DNA from: Chrysomallon squamiferum
Taxonomy: Eukaryota; Animalia; Mollusca
Assembly: GCA_012295275.1 (NCBI GenBank)
Contig: CM022670.1
Span: 30,566,001-30,630,000, forward strand
Direction: 5' to 3'
DNA: 64,000 bases
The translations under genes were made by a program, and so were the position numbers. A model generated the notes under the pieces. It searched no databases, had not been told where the DNA came from, and saw only the letters and a program-made list of their open reading frames with translations. Shown here piece by piece: positions 1 through 14,168 of the stretch. Within the stretch, counting starts at the first letter, position 1. Every line of letters starts with the position of its first letter.

Positions 1-1694
1 TATATTTATAATTTTAATAATGATCATGGTGGTGTCACTGGGTTCACAAATGGGAGATTTTTGTTTTGGCTTGTTATTAGAAATAAACAGCGCTCGTCTG
101 ATGTTAGGTCAGAGTAAGCTGAGGATCACTGGTTAAAGCACAGGAATGCGGTCTAATTGGCAGCAGGATCATTTCTTCTTCGTGTTGTCGTTGATCCGTT
201 TTCCGTCCTTCCTATAGCTAAAGAATGATTTATCAAAAATAGTGTACCAGCTCTTTATGAAATAGATGAGTCAGCGAATGGATATTGCCAATTGGTTTTC
301 ATTGTCTCATTTGTATAAAGCAATACAGCCGTAAATTACAAAAAAAAAAAAACCCAAAAAAAAAACCACACACCCAAAAACAACAATAACAACAAAAATA
401 ACAAAACAATAACAACACAACAAACCATATTAAGTGGGTTTCAATATAAAGTATTCTGTCCTCTTGAGTAATTTTACAATTTTAGTAATCTTTAGCAAAG
501 GCTTCCTATTTGCTTGTACCATGGAAATCAGGCCTATCAAAAATCGAAGGTCCATACCAAATAGCACTCTGGCCTTCACTGTGTTCAGGCTTATGACACA
601 AACACAGATAATTACATCAATCCTTACATTATGGATGTCATTATGACACATTTTATTTAAGATCTCTTACGAATGTACTTTTTGTCAAATGAATGAAAGA
701 ATTATATATTCAAGTATTTAGCTAATCTTTTCTGATTAGAAACATGACTTTTTTCTTTTCTTTGACAACATTTCACTTAGAATCCACTCAGTAGACAAAG
801 AAAGACAATAATGACAGCGACAACATCTACTTTGAACTAGTCATCAGTTTAACAAAAGCAGGTGCATCTTTGTAATTAGCCACCTTATTTTAACCTTTAC
901 ATCGATTTTGTAAAAACAATCTTAACAGTAGCAGTACTTACAGAACATTCTGAAAGTAGACTTCAGTAACGAAATTACGAATAAAATTAAAACCGGTTTA
1001 GGTTATTACTATTTAGTCTGCACTTTAATTGCATATAGAATATAAACACAGAGAAGATTAAAATTGTTTGACTGCCCGAAATGTTTATATATTAAAACGC
1101 ATTATACTTGAAATACTTTAAGAAAAAAAAAAAAAAAAAAAAAATGTGTAGTTATCAAATAAAAATAAAATTACATATAAATATACTCAGTATATTATAT
1201 TATATTATATTATATTATATTATATTATATTAAATTATATTATATTATATTATATTATATTAGCTTATATTTTATTATATTTATTTATCTATTTGTTTGT
1301 TTTTTTATTTATTGTTTTTTACAAAATGATATAACACAGTACAGTATTGCAGAATAAGACAAAACAGTAAAAGATACATGTATCTTTATAATACAATACC
1401 AAAGAGTACAATACAACAGAATTCAAGATAATACGGAATAGTACAATATAGTATAGATTATTACAGTATCAATTAATATAACACATACCACAAAAAGAAG
1501 TGAAACTTAATACAGTTCTGACAGTACACAATACGACATTTTCTGACTGACTGAAAACAGAGATACTAAACAAACCTCGCTTTACTCTTGACGGGATGAT
1601 TATAAAATAACAAATTCCAACAGCAGATCCAGTTTGTAAAGAACAAACTCAAGACAGTTTGTGCATCGAATGACAGAAACAGAGTGAGCGAATG

Positions 1695-1697
<3 letters not shown>

Positions 1698-1774
<77 letters not shown>
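1698..1774. repeat. (GA)n microsatellite
   Basis: Pure GA tract. Confidence 0.95.
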
Positions 1775-1777
<3 letters not shown>

Positions 1778-1996
1778 TAATACTTGGTCAGAACGCAAAT
1801 AAATTGTGTTTCTGTGACTAAGTGAGTTTTATGTCGTGTTACCCATCAAGTGAATGTTAACCTTATGAGCTGATGTAAAAATAATACAATGGCAATAAAT
1901 ACTGGAAAGAATTAGAGGTTATTAGTAATGAAAGTTCATGCTCATTTGAAACAATTGAAAATGATCTTAGTGACATTCATCATTATCATAACTACC

Positions 1997-1997
<1 letters not shown>

Positions 1998-2088
<91 letters not shown>
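1998..2088. repeat. (TTA)n microsatellite
   Basis: Pure TTA tract; explains the poly-Asn ORF 1967..2218. Confidence 0.95.
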
Positions 2089-2089
<1 letters not shown>

Positions 2090-2869
2090 TATGATGGATG
2101 ACTCCTTCATAATCATTATTTTTATTGGCATTTTTAAGTCATGCAACGGAAATAATAAAACAGTGATAAACATCCTCATCATCCTTATCACTGACATCTT
2201 GGTCATCATCTTCATCATCGTCGTCGTTGTCGTGATGTCGTGATGACATCGTTAAAATAACCTGAAACTCTTTTTGACAGAATGTCTGTCGAATATGATA
2301 TGTCCTTATTCAATACTGGATAAGCATAATAATATAGCTTAAACATATAAGTTAACTTTCCGCTTTAAGAGTGTGAACTACCACATACGTTCTAACAGTT
2401 TACTTATAACGTCAGTCGAGTGTTCGTTTACAACGGGCGGTGTGAGCGTAATACATTACATACAGTTTCTTACAAAACAGTTAGCTTTAATGCAAATACC
2501 TTTCATTCTTATCGTGTGGCTTTGTCTACAATGTTTGTTTGTTTATATGTATGTATTATTATGTATTATGTAAAATGAGATTATTTTATGGCGATAATGC
2601 TAGAATAATATATGAAATATCGTTTTATAATAAGGAATGCCATTGAAAATTGTTTTATTGTATATATTGACAGAGTATGTCATTTTCATAATAAAAGGAA
2701 CATTGCATAATCATCCGTACCAGACAAACATAAATTTTAATCTTGTTTATGAATAATGGCTCAAAAATGGAAATGCACCAAAGGGTGATGGCTTAACAGT
2801 ACAGTAAACTTGAATATTAATTTTCTTTTAAAGCAAAGATGAAATATATTGATCCTTTGACATTATGCA

Positions 2870-3210
2870 AATATTTTATTTGTGGATATCATAAATTTGA
2901 TTTTGATTTAAAAAAAAAAAAAAAATTTTACAAAAATAATTTATAAATAGATACTATAAATTTGATTTTGAACTTTTTTAGTATTATACACGTTTTAGTT
3001 TGTGGTTATAAATTTGATTTTGACATTCTAATTAATATTATGCGTTTATTTTATTTGCGGTTATCACAAACTTCATTTTTGACTTTTTAATTAATGATAT
3101 ACATTTGTTTTATTTTATGCCTATCATAAATTTAGATTTTTGACTTTTTAATTAATATTAAACAAACATTTCATTTGCTATTATATCACAAATTGTATAC
3201 TGATTTTTGA
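2870..3210 (+). repeat. Degenerate minisatellite, about 55-62-bp unit
   Basis: TTTGTGGTTATCATAAATTTGATTTTGACTTTTTAATTAATATT-like unit repeated about 6 times. Confidence 0.7.
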
Positions 3211-3321
3211 GAGCAAAATACACATTATTTATTTTTGTAATAAGTCCTTATCAGCAGCCTCAGTTATGATTCTTTAATAAAGAATTATTATTATTATTAT
3301 TATTTTTTGCTGTTATCATAA

Positions 3322-3610
3322 ACTTCAGTTTCAGTTTCATGAAGGTAAAGAATCCAACTTATCCGCCATGTCGTCAGTCCGTCAACCGCTCGACCACAGT
3401 TTGTATTCTCCGAACGTCAAACTCGGTGCTTATATCACTTTACTGACAGCAGTTAAACCTAGTATTGGCCTATGTGTACAATGTCACTTTGGCTTATAGA
3501 ATCAAGTTATCAACCAAACATCTCCTCTAAATGTACTTAATCTGGGCCAGGAGCCAATGCTGGAACTCGAACCCGATAACTAACTGTAACGGATACTTAG
3601 CTACCCACTG
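3322..3610 (-). mobile_element. Possible tRNA-derived SINE remnant
   Basis: Minus-strand B-box GGGTTCGAGTTCC (3562-3574), a body richer in GC than the flanks, and a short (GAAACT)n tail at 3324-3338. Confidence 0.3.
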
Positions 3611-6600
3611 TATCTGCTAGAAGAATCACCCTCTGACACGACTCTGCAGGGTGTCAGTACTTGAACCCACAGTTCAGAAAAATGAGATGGTATCACGTGG
3701 ATAGACTACATAATACATTTTGTTAATGAAGAAAGCTCTATTTATCTTGTTGCTTTAACAGAAACTCACTTTACCTAATTTTTACTGAATCTATAGTTGT
3801 GTCGTTATGTTTTCTAATGACTGGAGTCAGTTTCTCATTGCTACATGTAAAGTAGTTAATTGTAATTCTACTTTTAAGGCATTTGCTGAATATTAGCTCT
3901 ATATTAATTTTGCATATTAATTTTTGTGTCGCTGTGTTTTCTAGTGAATGAGCTTAGCCTTTCATTGCTGCCTCTTCCAATAAATAAACCTAATGCTAGT
4001 TGCAAGGCATTGGCTGAAGACATGTATTTCAAGTTAGAGCAGTAACAATAATTTATCTTGTGTCTGACCACATACGAAAAAACAAACAAAAAGAAAACAA
4101 ACTGCAGTTCTTTCTTTTCTTTTCTTATTTTATCGTATGGCTTCTACTATGATGCGTCTGTTTGTCTGTCTGTATGTATATATGTGAGCAAAACATTGTA
4201 AAATATAATAAGATGGACCACATAACAATAAAATATAAATAAAAAGAGAAACATAAATTCATTAAAACAGTTCGTCTAAACTGCACAGAATATGACTTTA
4301 ATAGCTGTAAAAAAACGAGAGTTGCTCAAATAGCAACTATAAAGATTAATTTATTAAAATAATAAAGATATCTAATATTCTTAAAAGATTAGCTATATAT
4401 CATTTTAATATTTGTACTAACTTTCTTAAATATTTATTATAAAGATAAATTTAATATAAAATTACTACACATTTCTAATAGTTTACAACGAGTGAACAAT
4501 ATATCATTTTAATAACAGTACAAAAAGAGATATCTTTAAATATATATTATCAAGTTTAATTTTATTTAGAATGCATGTAATAGAAATGCTAATTATTATG
4601 CAATAAATACTAAATAAATAAATAAATACATTAATTAATTAATTAATTAATAGATAGATAGATAACAATTAAAATAAAATATCAATAGATTCTTCTAGAG
4701 GAATAGATCTCGCAATCAAAAGCATTTTAGTCAAGAGCCACACTGAATCAGGGTTCATGTTATCATCACATTCTTGTTATTGATATGTAGTATGGTTTAC
4801 CTGACACCGTTATCTAGAACCTTATCTCAGTAAGTGTATCAGATTGATTTTAACTTAATTATATGAGTTTTGTTACTCTGGTCGTACAAAATATGTTTCA
4901 GGTCGAATTTTGTTTCATTTATCAATTTCAATTTCAAGTTTCGTTCATCGAATTCTGTTTCATGTTTCATATATTAAAATGATACTTACATCGACCCTTG
5001 TTTCATTTTTCATGTAAAGTGTGTTCCATTTCCCATAGAATTAATGAATGAGAGAAATTTAATGCAGATTTTCAGTATCATAATACCTAAGATTTTATGT
5101 TCTATCAAGCCCCTTTACTTAATGTTTCACGAGGGAATGAATTATGTCTAGCTAATGAGCTGTGCCTTTCCACGTAGAGTAATCCTGTGGGCGATGCTTC
5201 TATTCATGTCCTATTGTAAAATCAATTCCGCTGACATGTCATTAGATTCATCAAAACGCCGTTATTAAGGACTACTGATGTCAGGTAAATATAGCTAACA
5301 TTCAGAGAGATGTTGTGTAACAATCTCTGTAAATTATAATTAATGTAATTAGTAATCAATATTAGCTAGATGTTACGATCGGCGTCATTTTCTTCGCATT
5401 AAAGCAATCAGTTCTGAAGTTATTAACTGAAAATCATTCGTTTATGAGGATAAAAGTAAAATGATTAATTCATTATTATAATAATACATTTTTTTAAAAT
5501 TACAATTTCGAAGGTGTTCTTATGAAAAACTTTTGAAATGAAAATAATAAACTTGTGGCATTTTTCACACATAATCTGCTCATCATTCCAGAAATGTAAA
5601 AAGAAGAGAAGGCAAATTATAGTTGTATCAAGCTTCATAGCAAAAAGAAATCTCAAGATGAAGCGGCCTTTTATTTATTTATTTATTTATTTATTTATTT
5701 TTTATTTTGTTTTGTTTTGTTATTGTCATGTTAGTTAATGGAAATAAGACGGTGAATTTAAATTTCTGGTTAAAAAAACCCTGACAAATCTCAAATTATC
5801 TTCTGCAGTATTGTGATTTATATCCTTGTTTAGCTGTTGCTATCAACAGTAATTTAAAGATATTTATATTCTTTGGTGGAACTATGTTAAGTTTAATTAG
5901 CTCCACAAATATTTTAAAAAGTATGAAATCGATGTTGTTAAGACTTAATGGCCATTAAAATATTTTCGTAGTTAGGGAATATGCTGAATATTTCAAGATC
6001 AATATATATATAAAATATCCGATGCTATATTAGTATTATTAATATTATTATTAAAACAATACGTCAGTGCCTAAGAATAGGGCCAGATAATTGTATATCA
6101 AAAACTGCTAGCAATATTTAGACTAAGCGATCAAATTAGTTTATAACAATGCCCAATGTCATTTGCATTATTTATGTTTTCAAAAGAGAGTTAAATATTT
6201 TTTCTTATTTATTTTGAAACAAGATAATCTTTTAAACGCTTTTTAATTAAGTACGAACGTAAGCAAAATATGTAAGTATGTATGTTTGCGTGTATGTATG
6301 TATGACTATATGCATAAACTGTATGTGTGCATTTATGTGTGTGTGTGTGTGTGTGCACGTATATATCTATTTGTATATGTGTATGTATGTATATTTTTAT
6401 ATATCGATATATTTGTCTGTCTGTCTGCCTGTGTGTCTGCCTCTCTCACTCTCTCTCTTTGTCCGTGTGGTTATCTCTCAGTCTTCCTAGCAATTAACGA
6501 AACAGTCTATTTATTAATCTACTTAGCTAGCAGCCTAACAACTTATCAGTCTAGTCCCACGTAGTCAAATGATTAAAACTGCATTTCACAACATATTTAT

Positions 6601-6757
6601 AGAAAACATATTTGTAATTTTTTCACAGTGAAAATAAATAATATCCTATTAAAACAACAGACCATTCACGTTATCTCCATTTTCTAACCTAAGGTGCGAT
6701 AATATACATTATTTTAACTTTTTGAATAACGTATTGCTTAATATTCCCATCTATTTA

Positions 6758-6789
<32 letters not shown>

Positions 6790-7416
6790 TTGTTATTATA
6801 GTATATTTTGATATTAAGAAAAGTAAATCACTTTAAGATTGGATGTGAATGAATACATGTCTAGGAGAGATAAACAAAGAGAGACAGACAGAAGAAGAGA
6901 GATTAACAGTGGAAGTTTGAGAGAAAGAGAAAAAAGAGGAATTGAGAGATAGAGAGAGAGAGAAAAGAAAGAGTGAGATTTTATGCGTGATACGAGAAAC
7001 ACACACACTTAACGAAGTACGGTTTGGAGAAGAAGAAAGTAATAAAAATTGTAAAGATATTATTGTAAATATCAAGGTTTCACTTTGTATGTAGTATTAA
7101 AACGGCATCATTTAAACTCCGTCGCTTATTTATAATTTATCGTTACAACAAGTCGGACTGTTTAAAGGCACCTTTAAGAAGCCTTTAAAGTTTTCTAAAT
7201 AGACACGATTTCTGAGTTATCGGCGATGACTTGCTCTTCATTACCTCTGTGAGTCAAACTTTTCTGTATCAAATCGATGACTAGAGGTGAGATTTAGTGA
7301 CTTTCAAAACACGATTTTGTCGACGTTTTGAAAAGGTGCCAGATTATATTTTTATACCTGGAACATTATTATTAAGCGTTTTTATGCTTCATTTCTTTTT
7401 CTTTTTGTCGTCGTTG

Positions 7417-7458
<42 letters not shown>

Positions 7459-8027
7459 TATTATTATTTTTTTTTTTTTCACTTTGCGGATTTAAAAATG
7501 TATCTTTGGCAAAAAAAGATCTAAATAATTTATGCTTGGATCTTGTAAAATAAACGCTATTAAAACCATAGGATCGGCTAAAATTGCAAGAAAATTCTCT
7601 TCAAGCTAAGAACAAAAATAATTTTATTTTTTTTATTTTTTTTATCGATATTCGGCAGATTTTATTATTATTATTATTTTTATCTTAAAAACAACTTCGC
7701 AGTATGGAGTCATATCTGTAATTTCCAACGCGGAAAACAGACAGTTCTGATCAGTTCGTTTTTTGTGTTCACGTGACCAGGGAAGAATGATGTTTATGTT
7801 GCCATTAGCATCGTAGCGGATTACGGCGGAATCAACATTTTATGCACCTGTTAAGTCAGCCTCGTTCATGTTATGATGAAACAGAAACCTGCTGTGTAAC
7901 GTTAAACTTAACTGACTGATTCACGTTTTGGTCCTGTATTTTAAAAATCTGGTACTAAAATAATTTGCATAAAAGAACACTTATATTTATATTTACACAC
8001 AGACAGACAGGCAGACACACACACACG

Positions 8028-8032
<5 letters not shown>

Positions 8033-8117
<85 letters not shown>
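8033..8117. repeat. (GA)n microsatellite
   Basis: Pure GA tract. Confidence 0.95.
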
Positions 8118-8121
<4 letters not shown>

Positions 8122-9159
8122 AAGTATTATTAATAAATATAATTATTTGGAAAATTATTATTATATGCCAATAACAGTGACTATTTTACTGTCTATGACA
8201 TAAACTGAACATACCATATGTGTATCAGTACAGTTCATTTAATACACATATATTAAAATATAATAAGCCTTATCGAGCTTTGTGATTAAGGCTGATTTTA
8301 TAACTCGAAGTATTTAAACTGAAACATATATTCTTTATAGTATTATGGTTTAGTCAATATCATTTTAATTGCATATCTTTATTTAGTAAATAATTAATAG
8401 CTATAATGTCATAACAACAGATAATCAATGTGCAAACAGGTGCAATAGATCAAAAAGATGAATTCTCCTCAACTGATCTAATTCCCCATGACTGCTGCAC
8501 GAAAAACCGTAGTATTTGCTTTCCATCTGTGGGAAGGTTCACAGAAGAGATCACTTTGTGCTAATTGGTAAGAGGAACCCCATGTTGCGGCGCGTTTATA
8601 TTTCTTCTCGCAGAGACATCAGCGTAATGCAGAAACCACGGATGAATTTACAAAGCTTGCTCATGTCACCGCATGTCATTTACCAATGTTAATCATACGA
8701 TAAACAGATTATGTAAAGTCATTTCAGGACGTCTGACTCATAAACTCTGTGAAATTATTTCAAATACTAGATAAGATTTATTTTATTAAGTAGTATAATA
8801 TTGCCTGTATCGTTTTTGATTTTGTTTTTTCCTGTATTGTATTCTACATTCTACTTTTATTAAAAAATATAAACACTTAAACATACATAAATTAATTTAA
8901 TATATGTATTTATCTGTGATTTCTGTTATTATTAGCAAGAAATAAAACTTAGTGTTACAATTGTTATATAATGAGATCCAATATTTTATGAATATTAACT
9001 AATGGGTTAAAGGACAAAGGATACTGTTTTAGATCTTTTCAGTAGATAATCGGTTGGGGAATAAAAATTATACTCTCCGAAGTTATATAAGTCATGACAA
9101 AAATAGAAACTAAGAAACATGCAATCACGTACGCACACATATTATTGCACGTGTTTATC

Positions 9160-9275
9160 GTATGTATGTATGTTTGTATGTACGTATGTAGTTCTGGATT
9201 TTGAATATGTACGTCTGAATAGACTGCACATAGACAATATTCGGGAACGCACTGGCGCAGGAAGCACGCCGTTCT
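9160..9275 (-). mobile_element. Truncated second copy of the (CATA)n-tailed repeat
   Basis: TATGTACGTCTGAATAGACTGCACATAGACAATATTCGGGAACGCACTGGCGC matches 49737-49790. Confidence 0.5.
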
Positions 9276-9286
9276 TTGTTCTAGCT

Positions 9287-9316
9287 TATGTATGTATGTA
9301 TGTATGCATGTATGTA

Positions 9317-9377
<61 letters not shown>

Positions 9378-9454
9378 ATGTATGGATCAATGTGCGTGTG
9401 TGTGTGTACGTGTGTATATGTGTATATGTTTTGGTGTATATGTTTATATACTTT

Positions 9455-9512
<58 letters not shown>
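9287..9512. repeat. Compound (TATG)n/(TG)n microsatellite
   Basis: Direct reading of the sequence. Confidence 0.95.
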
Positions 9513-9516
<4 letters not shown>

Positions 9517-10055
9517 TTTACGGAGACGCTTTAATAACAAACTCATCTTGAATATAGATCAGTTAAATTTTAGTACAGATATAATTTTCTGACCTGTTCT
9601 AGTCTAAACATATATAAATCAGAGTTGTAGCAAATAAACTTGAAGAGAAATAGAAAATTCAGACGACGACAAAAAAAGAGCTCGAAAACATTCGCACTTT
9701 GATTTGTTCGTCCCTGAAGACTTGCGATGGGAAGGTTATAATAGTTCAGTCAGCCTGTTTTACCATTTCACAAATATTGCTACATAGGTAAAGCAGCATG
9801 TGAGTTTGTATAAAATCGTACGCGGAACACGTCCAAAGTAAACACACAGATTTACTGTTTAAGTAGCACTGCTGCCGAGTTTATTAATAAAGAGTTGGTT
9901 AAACAATTAAATTAGTGTTCTAGAAACGTTGGTTGATTATCTCATTGAACATTAGCGAGTGTAGCGCTATTCATTTTTTCTTCTTTTAACACGTACGTAG
10001 TAATTTTTTCACCAGCACATAATTTATTAATTTAATTTATTTATTATTGTTGTTA

Positions 10056-10105
<50 letters not shown>

Positions 10106-10814
10106 TGTTTATATTTGTTTATTTTTTTCATCGGCTTTATATCAGAAAAGAAGAAGAATAAGAGAATGAAAAAAATAAAAATAAAATGAATAAAGAAATA
10201 AAATAAAGAAAAATATATTAAAGAGCAGAAGAGTAAGGGAAAAAAGAGAAAAAGACTATAAGACAAGTAAAGGAGACAGAAAAAAAAATAAAGAAAAATA
10301 AAAGATATAAATTTACAGTGAATATATTTTTACCGTTTTTTAGTAACGGTTATGTTGGGTTTCTGTGTAAATTGCCTGCGGATCTTTTCACAGCATTTGC
10401 TGACAAAGTCAGAAGATCAATATTTGGTTCATTTCAGTCTTGATTAAAATATCACGTTTCAACTTTTTTTTTCTGTGAATTATAAATTCTGTTTTTTTTT
10501 TTTTTCTTTCTGAAAGCATTAGACAGACCAAGCAAATTTCTTTCTTTCTTTCCTTCCTTCCTTGTTTTTTCTTCCCTTCTTTTTGTCTCTCAGTCATATT
10601 TGCCATAAAATAAAATTAATATGATTAATATGTTTTATAAATCAGTTTATTCTTTTATTGATGGAAAATTTCTTGTGTGCTTTGCAAATTTCTTATAAAG
10701 TTTATTTCTAAAGGAGAAAACAAATTAGGAAAATACAATAATTTGTACAAAATCAAAATCAAAGAATCATCTGTATCATGCAATACATTCTGAAACGGTT
10801 TTAATTATCTGCAT

Positions 10815-11350
10815 ACCGTTGCATCGTCATATCCTTACACATCATACCTTACATAATCATACCCTTATAGAGCGTACGTTTCACGGCCATATCCTTATAT
10901 AGCCATACCCTTACACAGCATACATTTCACAGCTATATCTTTACCAGCATACCCTTACATAGCATATATTTCAGAACCATATCCTTACCAGCATATCCTT
11001 ACAGAGTCATACATTTCACAGTCATATCCTTACCAGCATACCCTTACACAGTCATATCCTTAATAGTCATATCTTTACATAGTACACCCTTGTATATCAC
11101 ATCCTTACACTTTTACTCCTTTATAGTCGTCACACCCAAACATACAATTCCATATTATATCTTTGTATAGTCGTTACACCATATGTAAATTTATAGATCT
11201 ATATCTTTACGCAGCACACCCTTATTTATATTTTTAGTCTTAACGCCTATAAACAACATCACATAGTTACATCTGTACAAAGTATATTTTTATCCTTTCA
11301 TAGTCAAATTATTACATAGTACACCCTTATACGGCATACTGTTACACAAA
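10815..11350 (+). repeat. Degenerate minisatellite, about 15-17-bp unit CATA(T/C)CCTTAC(A)CAG(T)
   Basis: Repeated CATATCCTTAC / CATACCCTTAC / CATACATTTCAC units, best preserved at 10830-11110. Confidence 0.8.
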
Positions 11351-11765
11351 CTGTACATTTTATATAATAATTTATTTACACTCACAAAAGCTCTGAAAAT
11401 GTAAAGAAAAAAAAGAGAGTAAAACTCTCCTTACGAGTGGCACGCATTACTTGGAAATGAAACCTTAGATTATCAGTTAGACCCTGAGACATGGTCGTTT
11501 CAAAATAATTAGGACAGCATACATAAGTATTTATTTGATACATATACATCACTTACGTGCACTTTTTTTGCAGATAGTGAACTACTTTCACGACCTTTTG
11601 CAAATAGCTGGAATGGAAAATAACCAGTAGATGGTTTACTACAACAAAATACTCTCCTGCGAGTTTCATTTCTCAGGTCAAATTCTAAATACTGTACAGT
11701 AAAACCATATGAACAAAACATGAAACAAGTATCAGATTTTTGTCTAACAGCTTCCAGTTTCACAC

Positions 11766-11822
<57 letters not shown>

Positions 11823-12214
11823 TAACTGAGAACGTTTTTAAATAAAACACATCGTCCTTCCTTTTTCCCTTCCAGTCTAAGATGTCGGTTTAACACAGCT
11901 AAGTATATTAAGATCAAGGTATATGATTACCTGTTTTGCTGTCTTATGTAGATACTCTAAACTGTACGGAGTAATTAAATAATTTAATTTCCCTGCGTCT
12001 CTAGAGTACAGTGTTTTCCAGCACATTAAAATAATTAAGTTTAGTGTTGATTTTTGTTTTTCGTGCTCTGTGAATCATAATTTAAAACACAATCAGCCCA
12101 AATAATGCAGTTTATAATACGTAACAGAGCTTATAATATAAAATAATATAATATAATATAATAATGACATGACATAACATAAAATAGTATCATGCAGTAA
12201 ATTATCCCATAGTA

Positions 12215-12425
12215 TTGTACAGTAAAGTACAGTATAGTACAGTATAGTATAGTATAATATAGTGTACTATAGTATACTATAATATAGTGTAATATAGTAT
12301 ACTATAATATAGTGTAATATAGTATACTATAATATAGTGTAATGTAGTATACTATAATATAGTACAGTATAGTATCTTATAGTATATGAAAGGTTAGCAT
12401 AGCACAGCACAGCACAGTACAGTGT
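12215..12425. repeat. Pentamer-derived minisatellite with a 25-bp higher-order unit TATAGTATACTATAATATAGTGTAA
   Basis: About 4 near-exact 25-bp units at 12268-12362 within AGTAC/AGTAT/AGCAC pentamers. Confidence 0.8.
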
Positions 12426-13269
12426 TATATATAGTATTAGTATTTTTATTATCCCACCAAAATATCTTTATCTCGCTAGTTTCCTCTAATACTCATTCAC
12501 GGGCTCGCTGACTTACCCACTCACTCACTCGCTCATCTAGTTACTCAGTCAACCCATTTATTTACACAAACAAAATACTACTATTCTTATTAAAATTATG
12601 AAGTAAACAACCACAGTACTATATACCATAACGTGGATTAAAAAAAGAAAAAAAAAAGGAACTATCAAAAATATGTTTACTGACGCTTTTAAGATTTAAA
12701 TTATTATTATTTGTTTTTTAAACAGAACAAATTAAAATAATAAAATAAGGAAATAACGATATTCCTTTATTTGGACAAAAAAAGTATGAACGATTTTTAT
12801 GAACAAACAAACAATAACTATAAAATATGATAGAAAAAAAATAAAAAAAAAATAAAAAAAAGAAAGAAAGAAAGAAAAGAAATAGTAAATGTAAAAATAA
12901 AACAATAAAAATATATATAAAAATATTATAACGACGACGACAAGAATAACAAGAATAACATAAAAATTACCATTTCCTTAGAAATTAAATAAATAAAGTA
13001 ATAAGAAATATATAATAAATTTATTAACCATTTAAAATAATGTATTATGATATTTAGTCATTTCATTCTAGGCGACCTTTAGATTACATCAGTTAATATT
13101 ATTAATACGCAGTCCTCTGCCGCCCACAACGCATTTAAGCAGATTATATTTAGAAAATGCTAAAGGGTTTCTAAAAACTTCCTACAACAGTCCGGATATT
13201 TAAATTATTTTAAGATCATCTACAGAAGTTGAAAACAAAATCGATTGGTCTTAGCATCTTAATACTGTG

Positions 13270-13560
13270 ATTTCAAACGGTCGCGAAAAGTGTTAATAAT
13301 ACACAAACAGGAGAGCTATCAAAATCGGAAACCTGAAGGAATGTGGGAAACGGCGAAATCCAGCCCATTTAGATATTACCTTCGCCACGCCATTGGTTAT
13401 TGCTGTTATCAACAAATCATCAAAGAGGCGAAACTGAGAGATAAAGACGTAGACGTGACTGGAGCGCGCGCCACGCGACTCGTTTCATTAAGTTGTTAAA
13501 CAGTGGTTAAATACAGCAGTCTGTAGTTCCCGTAACATATATTTCCATTCGAGCGTATAC
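13270..13560 (+). promoter_or_regulatory. CpG-enriched putative promoter of gene 1
   Basis: Local CpG cluster (GACGTAGACGTGACTGGAGCGCGCGCCACGCGACTCG) in AT-rich DNA, a reverse CCAAT (ATTGG, about 13393) and TTAAATA at about 13507. It lies about 600-900 bp upstream of the ATG. Confidence 0.4.
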
Positions 13561-14168
13561 GAATACACTGGGTGTAGTATATTCATATATTTTTTTATTC
13601 TAAATAACCTTTTTATTTTTATTTTATCGGATTACCTTTCTTGACTGACGGTTTTGTTACAGTGTAGAACACTCGACCAGTAACGGCGCCAAATGTTCTG
13701 ATGCTTTAACCGCACAAAACGACCAAGACGAAACTGGCACAGGCAAGCCCATACATTCTGTAAGTCTGTATGATAAAACAAATCTCGGAGATTATCCCGC
13801 AAATGTTCTGTAGCTGCTTGCATGATTTTTCTTTTCATGTGGATGAATAAAAGTCGACGAATACACGAAGAATCTGTTAAAAGCCTCGGAGTTTTTCTTT
13901 TTTCTTTTTTTTCTTTTTTTTCTATAAGGAACTAAACATGATACGAATTTTATTTGTTATGGGATGAAATCGTTTACAGCTGTCAGTCACATGTTTGATC
14001 TTCAACAAGTAAATACAGCGTCAACGGTAGAAAACATAAAAAAAAAAAATCAGTAACTAGCTAATCTGAATTTTTACCGCTTTGTATTTGGTACTAGGAA
14101 GGATATATATATAGATATTAAAATCGAGGACCATTTCAGTTTCACAGTAACCCATTCAGTTCATCGCA

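Noticed and set aside
153-217. Possible minus-strand terminal exon (IGRTENGSTTTRRRNDPAAN*)
   Set aside because: Plausible acceptor, but no recognisable homology and no upstream exon found.
430-651. Overlapping 70-73 aa ORFs on both strands
   Set aside because: No motifs or splice structure; expected by chance.
9119-9592. Cys/Val-rich ORFs (similar at 6278, 18462, 23044, 28397, 30575, 31472, 46054, 60502)
   Set aside because: Translations of (TG)n, (TA)n, (CT)n and (TATG)n microsatellites.
10815-11350. CRISPR-like appearance of short repeats
   Set aside because: Units are contiguous with no unique spacers, there are no cas genes, and the context is eukaryotic.
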